In this document: piece by piece, positions 8,412 to 18,749 of the stretch | Position numbering within the stretch: the first letter of the stretch is position 1 | How the letters are laid out: the number at the start of each line of letters is the position of its first letter | Assembly (NCBI GenBank): GCA_043821445.1 | Contig: JBDRCT010000029.1 | Location: 7,317 to 71,316 of the forward strand | Source of the DNA: Candidatus Omnitrophota bacterium | GTDB lineage: Bacteria > Omnitrophota > Omnitrophia > Omnitrophales > Aquincolibacteriaceae | Direction: 5' to 3' | DNA length: 64,000 nucleotides | The notes under the pieces: generated by a model | What the model was told of the DNA's origin: nothing | The model's input: the letters and a program-made list of their open reading frames with translations, nothing else | The model's database searches: none | Translations under genes and position numbers: made by a program

Positions 8412-9338
8412 ATGGAAAAAAAGATCCATGATGTGATGATCGTCGGTGGCGGTGGAGCAGGGCTGACCGCCGCCCTCTATGCCTCACGCGCAAATCTTTC
8501 CACAATACTTTTTGAAAAACTTGTTTCGGGAGGACAAATTGCCGCCACCGATTTGGTGGAAAATTATCCAGGATTTACGGAAGGCATTCTGGGATCTGAG
8601 ATTGCCCGGAGAATGGAAGCTCAGGCTGTCCGCTATGGCACCCAAATTATTTATGAGGAAGTGAAAGGTCTTTCGCGGAAAGAGGATATTTTTGAGGCTG
8701 CAAGCGTTGAAACGAGCTATGCCGCTCGAGCTGTCATTCTTGCGATGGGGGCCTCGTTTCGCATGATAGGGGTTCCCAACGAAAAGGAGCTCACGGGCAA
8801 GGGTGTTTCTTATTGCGCAACCTGTGATGGGGCGTTCTTTAAGGGCAAAAAGGTCGTTGCGATTGGCGGCGGAGATTCCGCACTTCAGGAGGGGATCTTT
8901 TTGACGCGGTTTGCCGAGCGGGTGATCATCGTTCACCGCCGCGATAAATTGCGTGCGAGTCCAATTCTTCAGGAACGCGCTAAAACGAATTCTAAGATAA
9001 GCTTTATTTGGGATACCGTTGTTGATAAAATCGAAGGCGACAGGAAAGTAGAAGCTGTTCTTTTGAAAAATGTGAAAACAGATGAGAGGCAGAAGATATC
9101 GGTAGACGGTGTTTTTGTTTTTATCGGACATGATCCCAATAGCGGTTTTCTAAAAGATTTTGTGACCCTGGATGAAAAAGGGTACATTGTGACCGATGAC
9201 TCACTCGCAACTTCCGTGCCCGGGGTTTTTGCGGCGGGGGAAGTGCGCAAGGGGGCTGTGCGCCAATTGGTGTCAGCTTGCGGCGAGGGCTGCGCCGCAG
9301 CTTTAGCGGCTCAAGATTTTTTAACCAACCATAGTTAA
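8412..9338 (+). CDS. trxB: thioredoxin-disulfide reductase
   Basis: FAD motif VGGGGAGLTAA, redox-active CATCDG, NADPH motif GGGDSA. Confidence 0.9.
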   Translation: MEKKIHDVMIVGGGGAGLTAALYASRANLSTILFEKLVSGGQIAATDLVENYPGFTEGILGSEIARRMEAQAVRYGTQIIYEEVKGLSRKEDIFEAASVETSYAARAVILAMGASFRMIGVPNEKELTGKGVSYCATCDGAFFKGKKVVAIGGGDSALQEGIFLTRFAERVIIVHRRDKLRASPILQERAKTNSKISFIWDTVVDKIEGDRKVEAVLLKNVKTDERQKISVDGVFVFIGHDPNSGFLKDFVTLDEKGYIVTDDSLATSVPGVFAAGEVRKGAVRQLVSACGEGCAAALAAQDFLTNHS

Positions 9339-9370
9339 ATCGGACGTTTTTATCATTTTATCTGAAGGGA

Positions 9371-9691
9371 GTGTCCATGAGTTTTGACAAAGAATTTGAG
9401 CAAAACATGAAACAACTAATGCATCTTCTAAAAAAGATCATGAGTCAATATCCAATGGAGGGGAAAAATCCTGCGGAGATGATGAAATTCTTTAAAGATA
9501 TGAAAGACAAGAGCTCGGACGTGAATATTTTTTTTCTGAACATGTCGCCGCTTTCTCCGGAAGAACTCGATGAGATCGAGGGAATGTTCGAAGAAGGTGT
9601 GATGGGCGAATATCTCAGGTCGGGAGAGCTTAAATGCGAGCTCAACGATGATGACCAGGTTTTCCTTAAGCGGCATGGCATCCGTTTTTAG
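9371..9691 (+). CDS. small acidic hypothetical protein
   Basis: 106 aa, no recognisable domain. Plausible RBS (GAAGGGAG). Confidence 0.4.
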   Translation: MSMSFDKEFEQNMKQLMHLLKKIMSQYPMEGKNPAEMMKFFKDMKDKSSDVNIFFLNMSPLSPEELDEIEGMFEEGVMGEYLRSGELKCELNDDDQVFLKRHGIRF

Positions 9692-9703
9692 GGCTATCGA
9701 CTC

Positions 9704-10525
9704 ATGACGCTTCAAAAATTTCTCTCTCTCTGGATTTTCCTTCTGTGCTTCTGTCCCGCAGGACTTCACGCGTCGACCGCTTTTGATTATTCGGCATGGG
9801 ATGCTTTCCTCAAAAAAAATGTGAACGAAAATGGCGAGGTGGATTATCAATCAATCAAGAAGGATCCGAAGGAACTGAACGATTCTCTGGCGAGTTTAGA
9901 ATCCGTTGATGGGCTGGCAATGCGGACGTGGCCGCGGGAAGAAACATTGGCGTTTTGGCTGAACGCCTATCACGCAGCGCTGATCAAACAGGTGGTTGAA
10001 AATTATCCCATAGCCTCCGTTCAAAAAATCCCAAGTTTTTGGGATATTTCGTCGTTCCATCTCGGAGAGAAACCGCGTCAAGGGAGGTACAGTTTGAACG
10101 ATATCCGAGCGGTAAATCTGATCCGGGTCTATCGTGACGAGAAGATCCATCTGGCGCTTTCGATAGCGGCTAGAGGAGGTCCCAAATTGATGCAGGAAGC
10201 CTTCACGGGTCCCAAGGTGGAAGGGCAGCTTTTTCTTTTGACGAGGAAATTCGTGACAGATCCGGCTTATGTGGATGTTACCCCTGGTCGGAAAGCGATC
10301 CGGATCTCGAAGATCTTCAAGTGGTATGGAAAGGATTTTAGGTTGGATTTTGGGACCCCGGAACCTCGCGGTAAGTTCTCAGAGGACGATAACGCCATAC
10401 TTTCTTTTTTGGCGTATTATCTTGAAGATGAAGCTAAAGGAGAGTATCTGCAGGAAGCCAACTACAAGATTGAATATCCCTCCTTCGATTGGTCACTGAA
10501 CGATTTCAAAAAAGAGGTTACTTAG
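9704..10525 (+). CDS. DUF547 domain protein (secreted)
   Basis: Signal peptide. AFWLNAYHAALIKQVVENYP motif typical of DUF547. Confidence 0.7.
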   Translation: MTLQKFLSLWIFLLCFCPAGLHASTAFDYSAWDAFLKKNVNENGEVDYQSIKKDPKELNDSLASLESVDGLAMRTWPREETLAFWLNAYHAALIKQVVENYPIASVQKIPSFWDISSFHLGEKPRQGRYSLNDIRAVNLIRVYRDEKIHLALSIAARGGPKLMQEAFTGPKVEGQLFLLTRKFVTDPAYVDVTPGRKAIRISKIFKWYGKDFRLDFGTPEPRGKFSEDDNAILSFLAYYLEDEAKGEYLQEANYKIEYPSFDWSLNDFKKEVT

Positions 10526-10606
10526 ATCGGTCCAGGATTTTTTAAGCACTCGTTCAAAAGTATTTAACTCCTTTCGCATCAATATGTTACGTTTTTTTTA
10601 AAAGCA

Positions 10607-10635
10607 TTGACAGTCCTAGTGAATTCTCATAAGAT
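10607..10635 (+). promoter_or_regulatory. putative sigma70 promoter (TTGACA-17-TAAGAT) upstream of rplU
   Basis: TTGACA at 10607-10612 and -10-like TAAGAT at 10630-10635. Seen in sequence. Confidence 0.4.
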
Positions 10636-10667
10636 ATGCGCTCTCTTACAGTCAAAGGAGTCATTTC

Positions 10668-10991
10668 ATGGAAAAGTATGCAATTGTTGAGACGGGTTCC
10701 AAGCAGTATTGGGTAGCACCCCAGCAGGTGATCGAAGTCGAGTTGTTGGATGTGGCTGAGGGCCAAAAAGAGGTTATTTTGGATCAGGTGATGCTCGTTC
10801 AGGATGGAGGCCAGGTGAAGGTCGGGACTCCGGTGATCGCGGGGGCCAAGGTCGTTTGCGAAAATCTCGGGGAGTTTAGGGGCCCTAAGTTGGTTCATTA
10901 CCGGATGCGCAAGCGTAAATCATCCCGACGTAAACAAGGACATCGGCAGGATCTGCTCAAGTTGCTTGTCAGAGAGATTAAAGTTGGCTAA
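10668..10991 (+). CDS. rplU: 50S ribosomal protein L21
   Basis: MEKYAIVETGSKQYWV… matches the L21 family. Confidence 0.9.
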   Translation: MEKYAIVETGSKQYWVAPQQVIEVELLDVAEGQKEVILDQVMLVQDGGQVKVGTPVIAGAKVVCENLGEFRGPKLVHYRMRKRKSSRRKQGHRQDLLKLLVREIKVG

Positions 10992-11012
10992 TCATATTTT
11001 TCAGAGGAAAAC

Positions 11013-11255
11013 ATGGCACATACAAAAAGTCAGGGTAGCACAACCAACGGAAGAGACTCCAATTCCAAACGCTTGGGCGTAAAAGCCTATGGTGGGCAGA
11101 AGGTCACCGCAGGCAGCATTATTGTCCGTCAGCGTGGGACCCGGTACCATCCTGGGAATTTTGTTGGGATCGGCACCGACTACACTCTTTTCGCGAAGCG
11201 AGCTGGGATCGTGGAGTTCTGGGCGAATCGATCTGTCCATATCATTCCGGGTTAA
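11013..11255 (+). CDS. rpmA: 50S ribosomal protein L27
   Basis: [24 protein letters not shown]… matches the L27 family. Confidence 0.9.
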   Translation: MAHTKSQGSTTNGRDSNSKRLGVKAYGGQKVTAGSIIVRQRGTRYHPGNFVGIGTDYTLFAKRAGIVEFWANRSVHIIPG

Positions 11256-11277
11256 TCCAGTTCCAATCAAGTTCGAA

Positions 11278-11320
11278 AAGGCTAAAAAGCGATCCTAAGC
11301 TTTTTGGCCTTTTCTATTTT
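11278..11320 (+). terminator. possible hairpin/attenuator between rpmA and obg
   Basis: GGCTAAAAAGC…GCTTTTTGGCC imperfect inverted repeat followed by a T-rich tract. Confidence 0.3.
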
Positions 11321-11331
11321 TAAGGACTTTT

Positions 11332-12303
11332 ATGCTAGTTGATAAAATTCATCTGAAAATCCAGGGCGGGCATGGTGGCAAAGGCTGTGAAAGTTATAAT
11401 CACCGCAAGGATCACAAGAGAGTCCCTAACGGCGCCGACGGCGGCGACGGAGGGAGTGTAATCTTCCGCGCTTCGCATAACGCCCCGGGTCTCGATCGTC
11501 TCAGGTTGAAGCAGCATTTGGACGCGGAGTCCGGCCAACATGGCAGTAGTGATAACAAACGTGGAAGTAAAGGGGCGGACTTGATCGTGTTGGTTCCCAT
11601 TGGGACTTCGATTTATCGCCGTGAAAATCATCTTGCGATCCGGGATCTTTTTCTGGAGGGCGAGGAAGTGATCGTCGCTCGGGGTGGCCGAGGTGGGTCC
11701 GGGAATATCGGCGACAAAACGGCAACTTCCGGTGAAGAAGGCGAAAAACTCGAGATCGATGTGGAATTTCGCATCATGGCGGATGTCTTTCTCGTGGGGC
11801 TCCCAAGCTCCGGGAAATCCTCCTTACTTCACCATTTGACGCGTGCCCCTGTGGAAGGTAAAAATTATCCTTTTGCGACACGCAGTCCAGTATTGGGCGT
11901 TCATCCCTACGACGACTATAAACAGATCAATTTCTGCGAACTGCCGTCCCTTTTTGAAGGTTCTACAAACGGGAGGGGATTGGGGACCGATTTTTTAAGA
12001 CACTTGGCTCGTGCCAAGCTGATCGTGTTCATGATCGATGCGACCTTGAAGTTCTCCCATACTGCCATCGAAGGATTGAGTGTCCTACAAAGGATCGTTT
12101 ATGAGCATGATGCAGCCTACCGGCAGATTCCGAGCGTGGTCGTGGTCAATAAGATTGATCTGGGACACGATATTGGGAAAATTCAGGAGGAGTTCCAGAG
12201 CTCGGGACAGATCTATTTTTTGATTTCAGTGAAAACCGGAGAAGGGGTAGAATCTCTCATGAAGTTTATCCATGAGAGAATCGAGAACGAAGACCATGTC
12301 TGA
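11332..12303 (+). CDS. obg: GTPase Obg/CgtA (short form lacking the C-terminal OCT extension)
   Basis: Glycine-rich Obg fold N-terminus (GGHGGKGCES…GGDGG) plus GTPase motifs (GLPSSGKSS). 323 aa. Confidence 0.9.
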   Translation: MLVDKIHLKIQGGHGGKGCESYNHRKDHKRVPNGADGGDGGSVIFRASHNAPGLDRLRLKQHLDAESGQHGSSDNKRGSKGADLIVLVPIGTSIYRRENHLAIRDLFLEGEEVIVARGGRGGSGNIGDKTATSGEEGEKLEIDVEFRIMADVFLVGLPSSGKSSLLHHLTRAPVEGKNYPFATRSPVLGVHPYDDYKQINFCELPSLFEGSTNGRGLGTDFLRHLARAKLIVFMIDATLKFSHTAIEGLSVLQRIVYEHDAAYRQIPSVVVVNKIDLGHDIGKIQEEFQSSGQIYFLISVKTGEGVESLMKFIHERIENEDHV

Positions 12304-13411
12304 TCGCCTCCAGCGTGCTCAAAAGATTGTTATCAAGATCGGCACGAGCATCCTCAAAATCCGTGGGGAAAGTTTTTCCTATAAGGAGCATACCCGTGTC
12401 TGCCAAGAAATCTACGCTCTCATCAAGAAAGGTCGGCAACCGGTCTTGGTGAGTTCCGGCGCAATCGCTCTCGGGATGAAAAGTTGCGGTTTTAAAAAGC
12501 GGCCAAAAGAAATGGCTGAGCTTCAGGCTTGTGCCGCCATCGGGCAGGGGAAGCTCATGCATGCCTATGAGAGCTTTTTTGCTAAGAAAAAGGTGCACAC
12601 CGCCCAATTGCTTTTAACCCGCGACGGGCTTGAAGATCGCAAGAGGTTCCTTTGTGCTCGTAATACCCTCGAGACACTTTTAAAACGCAACATCCTTCCG
12701 ATTGTTAATGAAAACGATACCATAGCGGTCGAGGAGATCGCTTTTGGGGACAATGACATTCTTTCTGTTCACGTGGCGCATCTTGTAGGCGCGGATCTTC
12801 TGATCAATCTGTCGGATGCGGAAGGGTTTCTCCTGAAGGATGGAACGCGTGTGCGGGAAGTCACTTCCGAAGATGAGATCGACAACAAACTCGTGTTGCA
12901 TCTGACAGATCAAAAAAGAGAAGAGACTGTCGGCGGGATGCGTGCAAAGCTTAAAGCTGCGCAGGTGGCGATGCGTCTCGGGATCCCCTTTCTGATCGTG
13001 AATGGCCACCGGCCGAATATTCTACAGGAGATCCTGGGCGGGAAAGATGTCGGGACTTTATTTATCACCTCCGGCGTCAAAAAGAACATGAGGCGCAAAT
13101 GGATCGCATTCTCAGCGACCCGGAGCGGCAGTATCATAGTCGATGGCGGAGCTTATCAGGCGTTACTTGCGAAAAAGAGTTTGCTGCCGGGAGGAATCGT
13201 GAAGGTCCAGGGGAGTTTCGAAGCGGGGCGGGTCGTGGAGCTCGAGACGCCGGACGGAAAGATCTTTGGTCGCGGAGTAGTGCGCTACAATAGCCGTGAT
13301 CTTAGCCGTATTGCGGGCAAACGGACCGGAGAAATTCAGGCGATCTTGGGCAAAAAATCATGTGATGAGGTGATCCATCGTAACGATCTTGTGATCTGGA
13401 GCGAACGATGA
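12296..13411 (+). CDS. proB: glutamate 5-kinase with C-terminal PUA domain
   Basis: Start MSDRLQRAQKIVIKIGTS. Amino-acid kinase fold with a PUA tail. Confidence 0.9.
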   Translation: MSDRLQRAQKIVIKIGTSILKIRGESFSYKEHTRVCQEIYALIKKGRQPVLVSSGAIALGMKSCGFKKRPKEMAELQACAAIGQGKLMHAYESFFAKKKVHTAQLLLTRDGLEDRKRFLCARNTLETLLKRNILPIVNENDTIAVEEIAFGDNDILSVHVAHLVGADLLINLSDAEGFLLKDGTRVREVTSEDEIDNKLVLHLTDQKREETVGGMRAKLKAAQVAMRLGIPFLIVNGHRPNILQEILGGKDVGTLFITSGVKKNMRRKWIAFSATRSGSIIVDGGAYQALLAKKSLLPGGIVKVQGSFEAGRVVELETPDGKIFGRGVVRYNSRDLSRIAGKRTGEIQAILGKKSCDEVIHRNDLVIWSER

Positions 13412-14664
13412 ATTGGAAACGTGAATTGGAAGGAGTGCTGGTGGGTGCCCGGCAGGCGGCATCTCATGCCGGGCAAGAGTCCGCGGTTTTTAAGAAAAGG
13501 CTTCTTTTTGATATTGCTTCTCGAATCGAGAAAAAGGCGAAGTGGCTTGTTGCCGAGAACCACAAAGATCTTAGGAAAGCCAAGGGGAGCGGATTTTCTT
13601 CCGCTATGATCGATCGGTTGACGCTTAGTGAAGGGCGTGTCAGAGCCATGGCGGCAGGCGTTCGTGCTGTGGCTCGTCTCAAAGACCTGATCGGTCGCGT
13701 GCAGGCACGGTGGATGAGACCGAACGGCCTCAGACTCCAAAAAGTGACTGTTCCGATCGGCGTTATCCTGATGATCTATGAGTCCCGTCCCAATGTGACC
13801 GTGGAATGTGCGGCGCTTTGTCTTAAGAGTTCGAATGTGGCGATCCTTCGCGGGGGGCGTGAGGCGATGGCTTCTAACCATGCGCTTGTGTCGATCTTCA
13901 AAGAGTCTCTCAAACGATACGGTCTCTCATCTTTCCACGTGAATCTTGTGACGACGACAGAATATGCCGCACTCGATTTTCTTTTGGAGAAAGAGGGACG
14001 GATTGACCTTGTGATCCCGCGCGGTGGGGAAAAACTGATCCGGCGAGTCGTGGAAAAGTCGCGTATTCCCGTGATCAAACACTATCAAGGAATCTGCCAT
14101 GTTTATGTCGACAAAAAGGCGGATCTCGAGAAAGCCGTTGCGATCACGCTGAATGCCAAACTGCAGCGTCCGGGAGTTTGTAATGCGATGGAAACGCTTT
14201 TGGTTCATCAAAGCATCGCCGGGAAATTTTTGCCGATCGTCGGCAATTTTCTAAGAAAAGGAGGGTGTGAGGTCCGTGGTGATCGCATGGCCTGTCGCCT
14301 TATTCCTTGGGCGAAGTGTGCGAAGGCGGCCGACTTCGGTCATGAATTTCTGGAGAAGATCCTTGCGGTGCGTGTTGTCAAGGATTTGGAGGAAGCGATT
14401 CGGCATATTGAAACCTATGGTTCCCATCATACGGATGCGATCGTGACCCAAGACAAAAATGCGGCCAAAACCTTTCAAGCAAAAGTGGACTCTTCGTCTG
14501 TGATGGTCAATGCCTCGACTCGTTTTTCCGACGGATTCGAGTATGGGTTTGGCGCGGAGATCGGCATTTCGACCGACAAGATCCATGCTCGCGGTCCGAT
14601 GGGACTGGAGGGGCTCACGTCGTACAAGTATATCGTGGAAGGGAATGGCCATATACGCGCTTAA
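13408..14664 (+). CDS. proA: gamma-glutamyl phosphate reductase
   Basis: 418 aa aldehyde dehydrogenase-family protein, overlapping the proB stop. Confidence 0.9.
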   Translation: MNWKRELEGVLVGARQAASHAGQESAVFKKRLLFDIASRIEKKAKWLVAENHKDLRKAKGSGFSSAMIDRLTLSEGRVRAMAAGVRAVARLKDLIGRVQARWMRPNGLRLQKVTVPIGVILMIYESRPNVTVECAALCLKSSNVAILRGGREAMASNHALVSIFKESLKRYGLSSFHVNLVTTTEYAALDFLLEKEGRIDLVIPRGGEKLIRRVVEKSRIPVIKHYQGICHVYVDKKADLEKAVAITLNAKLQRPGVCNAMETLLVHQSIAGKFLPIVGNFLRKGGCEVRGDRMACRLIPWAKCAKAADFGHEFLEKILAVRVVKDLEEAIRHIETYGSHHTDAIVTQDKNAAKTFQAKVDSSSVMVNASTRFSDGFEYGFGAEIGISTDKIHARGPMGLEGLTSYKYIVEGNGHIRA

Positions 14665-14679
14665 AAGCGGTCTTTCCGC

Positions 14680-15258
14680 ATGAAGATTGGTATTTTGGGA
14701 GGGACTTTCGATCCTATCCACCTCGGGCATTTGCAGCTTGCTCAAAATGCCCAGGCCCAATTCTCGCTCGATAAAGTCATTTTCGTTCCAGCCTATCAGC
14801 CTCCCCATAAACTGGAATTTCTTTCTCGCACACCTGCTGCAGACCGTTACGAAATGGTCCGTTTGGCCCTCGAAGGCGAGCCTTTCCTTGAATCTTCAGA
14901 TTGCGAACTCGTGAGAAAGGGCATTTCTTATACCTGTGACACCCTCGATGAATTTGAAAAAAAATATCCTAACAGCACATTTTTTTTGATCCTCGGGAAA
15001 GACACATTCGAAGGGATCGATGCCTGGTATCGTGCTGCTGAACTTAAGAAAAAGGTCCGTTTCCTGGTGGCGGAACGGGGTACTGGTGAAATTTCTGCGC
15101 CCGAAGGCGCCCGTATCGAACGAATCCAAATGCCTTTATGTCCGATCTCTGCCTCCGGGATCCGTGAGGCTATCCAACAGGGAAGGAATGTGGACGATCA
15201 TGTGCCTCCGAAAGTTCTTCAATTGATTCACGCACGTGCGCTTTACCGGAAAAACTAG
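14680..15258 (+). CDS. nadD: nicotinate-nucleotide adenylyltransferase
   Basis: GGTFDPIH(L)GH nucleotidyltransferase motif. Confidence 0.85.
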   Translation: MKIGILGGTFDPIHLGHLQLAQNAQAQFSLDKVIFVPAYQPPHKLEFLSRTPAADRYEMVRLALEGEPFLESSDCELVRKGISYTCDTLDEFEKKYPNSTFFLILGKDTFEGIDAWYRAAELKKKVRFLVAERGTGEISAPEGARIERIQMPLCPISASGIREAIQQGRNVDDHVPPKVLQLIHARALYRKN

Positions 15259-15261
15259 AAC

Positions 15262-16497
15262 ATGAACACAACTTTACCTTGGGCTATTTTGGGAGTGCTC
15301 TTCATAGTTTCCTTTTTCTTTTCCGCGTCCGAAACAGCTCTTTTTTCACTTTCTAAGCTCGATAAACGCAAGCTTAAAGAGCAATACCCACATCTTTCAA
15401 AATGGATCTTTGAACAATTACAAACACCACGCAAGACGCTCGGCACGGTTCTGATCGGCAATTTGGCGGTGAACACATTGGCAACATCGACAGTCACGCT
15501 TGTAGCTCTCAATCTTTTTGGGAATGCGCGGCTCGGCATAGTTTTGGCAGCATTGACTGTTTTCCTGATCGTTTTTTGTGAGATGCTTCCCAAGATTCTG
15601 GCGGTCCGGTCGCGTGTCAAAATGGCCTTATTCGTATCTCTGCCGCTTAAGTTTTTTGCGATGTTGTTCGCTCCCTTTAGGCTCTTGATGCGTTTTATAA
15701 CGGATCGTATTCTCTCCTTTCTTGTTCACGAAAAAATCGATCAGTCAGACATGATCTCTGAAAAAGAACTCAAGGTGCTTGTGAAGATTGGAGAGGAAGA
15801 AGGGGTTTTGGGAGGACAGGAGCGGCATATGATCCAAAAGCTTTTAGAGCTCGGGGAACGACCGGTCAAGGATATCATGACGCCGCGAACGGATCTTATT
15901 GGTTTGGATATCGAGGAGCCTTCGGAGAAGCATGAGGAACTTATTCGAAAATTTCACTTCACGCGTTTGCCTGTTTTTCAAGGCTCGATCGATCATATTC
16001 TTGGAGTTGTTGAATCGCAGAACTATCTTTTGCAAGAACCGCTTCCCGATGTGAAGCAAGTGATGCAGGAGCCGCTTTTTGTTCCGGAAAGCAAACGGAT
16101 CGATGATCTTCTGGAAACATTCCGAAGTAAGAATGAACGTTTTGCGGTCTGCGTGGATGAGTTTGGCGGGACGGCCGGGGTGGTGACACAGGAGGATATT
16201 CTTGAGGAGATTTTCGGGGAGTTTTACGATGAATATGCCAAGATCGAGCATCCTATCAGGCGTTTAGGCGAGGATCTTTACCTGGTGGATGGAAAAGTCA
16301 GCCTTGTGGAGTTCAACGATGTTCTTTCCTCGCATCTGATCGCAGAAGAGGCGACGACGCTCGGGGGTTATCTTTTCGAAAAAATGGGAGTGGTTCCTGT
16401 CAAAGGTGCAGTTTTTAATACAGAACAATTCGATTTTGTGATCCAGGATATGATCCGCCAGCGTATCCACCAGGTCATGGTCAGGAGGAAGCCATGA
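15262..16497 (+). CDS. CorC/HlyC-family transporter (DUF21-CBS pair-CorC_HlyC)
   Basis: 411 aa. N-terminal DUF21 TM region, two CBS domains and a C-terminal transporter-associated domain. Confidence 0.8.
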   Translation: MNTTLPWAILGVLFIVSFFFSASETALFSLSKLDKRKLKEQYPHLSKWIFEQLQTPRKTLGTVLIGNLAVNTLATSTVTLVALNLFGNARLGIVLAALTVFLIVFCEMLPKILAVRSRVKMALFVSLPLKFFAMLFAPFRLLMRFITDRILSFLVHEKIDQSDMISEKELKVLVKIGEEEGVLGGQERHMIQKLLELGERPVKDIMTPRTDLIGLDIEEPSEKHEELIRKFHFTRLPVFQGSIDHILGVVESQNYLLQEPLPDVKQVMQEPLFVPESKRIDDLLETFRSKNERFAVCVDEFGGTAGVVTQEDILEEIFGEFYDEYAKIEHPIRRLGEDLYLVDGKVSLVEFNDVLSSHLIAEEATTLGGYLFEKMGVVPVKGAVFNTEQFDFVIQDMIRQRIHQVMVRRKP

Positions 16498-17447
16498 TAG
16501 GTCTCCTGACCCTGTTTTTTCTATCTCTGGTGGCTTCGGCGTTTTTTTCAGGGGCTGAGATGGCTTTTGTTTCGGCGAACAAGCTGAAGCTTCACGAAAT
16601 AGCGGATGCCGGAGATAAAAAAGCCAGGTTCATTATGCATCTCCAGCAGCATCCCAATTATTTCCTGACCGCCATTCTCATAGGGAATAATGCGGCAAAC
16701 GTTACGGCGATCTCGATCGCGACGTGCATTTTCAAGGAATATTTAGGATGGAACAGCGAATGGGCCGTGATGCTGGTGATCGCACCAGTATTGATCATTT
16801 TTACGGAAATGGTTCCCAAGGATTACGGTCGCTTAAATGCGATTTCTTTTTTGCAGGGGAAGATCTTTTGGCTTAAGGGCCTCAAGGCGGTCCTGTACGG
16901 ACCGATCATCCTGTTCTTCAAGATGCTGAATTTTTTCTGGCCCTCTTTTCAACAGGGTGTTGTCCGGGATATCTTTGTGAATGAGGAGGAATTTCGCTCA
17001 CTCATCGATGAAAGTACCCAGAGAGGCATTGTAGGTCCGCAGGAAGAGAAACTGATCCACACCATCCTCGACTTTGAACGGATCCAGGTCTCCTCGGTGA
17101 TGATTCCAGCGGGGAAAGTGCCGATGGTGGATATTCACAGCAAGATCGAGGATGTCAAACAAATCGCACGTGAGACCCACGCTCGCATGATGCTCGTTTA
17201 CGAGGAAATACCGTCCATTGTGATGGGGATGGTCTATGTCTTCGATATCCTATGGGAGGAAGAGAACGCTCAGGGGCTCCATGATTTTCTCAGGGCCCCC
17301 ATTTTTATCTCAGAGGACACTTCCTTGGAGAAAGCTTTCCTGACACTCCAGAAAAAACGCCAATCCTATGCCGTTGTGACTGATCGAGCCGGGGACATTA
17401 AAGGGGTTGTCCCGATCGAGCGGCTTCTTATGTTCGAGAAGCACTGA
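16494..17447 (+). CDS. DUF21-CBS domain membrane protein (paralog lacking CorC_HlyC tail)
   Basis: 317 aa. The start overlaps the upstream stop. Same N-terminal architecture as the preceding gene. Confidence 0.75.
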   Translation: MIGLLTLFFLSLVASAFFSGAEMAFVSANKLKLHEIADAGDKKARFIMHLQQHPNYFLTAILIGNNAANVTAISIATCIFKEYLGWNSEWAVMLVIAPVLIIFTEMVPKDYGRLNAISFLQGKIFWLKGLKAVLYGPIILFFKMLNFFWPSFQQGVVRDIFVNEEEFRSLIDESTQRGIVGPQEEKLIHTILDFERIQVSSVMIPAGKVPMVDIHSKIEDVKQIARETHARMMLVYEEIPSIVMGMVYVFDILWEEENAQGLHDFLRAPIFISEDTSLEKAFLTLQKKRQSYAVVTDRAGDIKGVVPIERLLMFEKH

Positions 17448-17646
17448 ACGACGCGCGATTTTCTCCGTCCGATAAACTCTTCATTCCAATAGATTCTAAT
17501 AAAACAGTTCCTGTTTTTTTTGCTCTTCCTACCGTTTTTCTCCGGAGCATTTTGATCTCTTCTAGTGCGACGCCATTACTATAAAGCTTTACTAAGTGAG
17601 GCCGTTACATTGATATCGGAAGATTTAACTCGAGGAGGCAGACTTT

Positions 17647-18747
17647 TTGAGAATTATTGCTATCGCGAACCAAAAAGGCGGGTGTGGAAAGACCACAACC
17701 AGCATCAATTTTTCGGCGTGTCTGAATTTTCTTCAAAAAAAAGTTCTCGTGATCGATTTGGACCCGCAGGGGCATTCCACGATCGGGTTGGGGGTCAAGA
17801 CGCAGAAGGGAATACGGACCCTTTATGATCTACTAAGTCCGCTTCAACACGTGGCGCCTCCTCTCTCGCAAGTCATACGGAGCTTGAATCAGGATTTTGA
17901 TCTCATTCCCTGCAATGCCAGCCTGAATGCCCTTGAGGAAGAATTCGGGTTTGTGCCTAATTATCATCTCAAACTCCGGGATCTTCTGACCCGGATCGGC
18001 GAAGACCAGCGTCATTATGACTTTGTGGTTCTGGATTGCCCCCCGAATCTCGGGGTTCTCACCTGGAATGCCCTCAGTGCGGTTGATGAAGTCGTGGTTC
18101 CGGTTGAGCCGTCATTTTTTTCACTTCACGGGCTTGCGAAAATTTCGGAAACTTTCCAAGTTGTGAATCGGAGCCGGGAAACGCCCCTTGCCGTTCATGC
18201 GCTTTTGACGCTTTTCAATTCCCAAGTGAATTTTTCTCATGAGATCTATGATGAAGTGAAAGCTCATTTTCAGGACCGACTTTTTACGACGATTATCCAT
18301 GAACATGTAAGTCTGAAGGAAGCGGCGGCTGCGGGACAAAGTATTGTCCAATATGCGCCCCAATCGACGGCTTTTCAGGATTATTTGAATCTTGCAGTCG
18401 AATATTTGGAGCGGGATTGGAACCGGAGGCTTCCAGAGAAAGAACTCGGATGGGAGCAGGTTTTTAAAAATCATTTCGGGCCACGTTTGATCTCGGATGG
18501 GATCCTTTTTCAGTTCTCGAGTAAAACAGCATCCTCGGTAGAAATCGCCGGAGATTTTAATCGTTGGATTCCTGAGCCGCTCATTCGCCGTGATCAGGAC
18601 GGACTTTGGCAGAAGGTTATTTCGGTGGAGCTCAAGACGTTTCGCTACAAGTTCATTGTGGACGGAGAGTGGCAGGTGGATCCCCATCAGCCCGCGCAGA
18701 AAGAAAATGCCTATGGCGGCATCGATTCTTATATGGAATTTGCCTGA
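17647..18747 (+). CDS. ParA/MinD-family ATPase fused to a C-terminal AMPK-beta/CBM48-like glycogen-binding domain
   Basis: TTG start with a GGAGG RBS. Deviant Walker A KGGCGKTT. The C-terminal 85 aa (…GDFNRW…FRYKFIVDGEWQVDPHQP…GGIDSYMEF) align with the AMPK beta GBD (…GSFNNW…HQYKFFVDGQWTHDP…). Confidence 0.8.
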   Translation: MRIIAIANQKGGCGKTTTSINFSACLNFLQKKVLVIDLDPQGHSTIGLGVKTQKGIRTLYDLLSPLQHVAPPLSQVIRSLNQDFDLIPCNASLNALEEEFGFVPNYHLKLRDLLTRIGEDQRHYDFVVLDCPPNLGVLTWNALSAVDEVVVPVEPSFFSLHGLAKISETFQVVNRSRETPLAVHALLTLFNSQVNFSHEIYDEVKAHFQDRLFTTIIHEHVSLKEAAAAGQSIVQYAPQSTAFQDYLNLAVEYLERDWNRRLPEKELGWEQVFKNHFGPRLISDGILFQFSSKTASSVEIAGDFNRWIPEPLIRRDQDGLWQKVISVELKTFRYKFIVDGEWQVDPHQPAQKENAYGGIDSYMEFA

Positions 18748-18749
18748 TC

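Noticed and set aside
8484-9131. 215-aa minus-strand ORF
   Set aside because: Antisense to trxB.
18606-18749. Upstream extension (MAEGYFGG…) of the pseudo-MinD ORF
   Set aside because: It lies entirely inside the ParA-CBM48 coding region. ATG 18750 directly follows the ParA stop.
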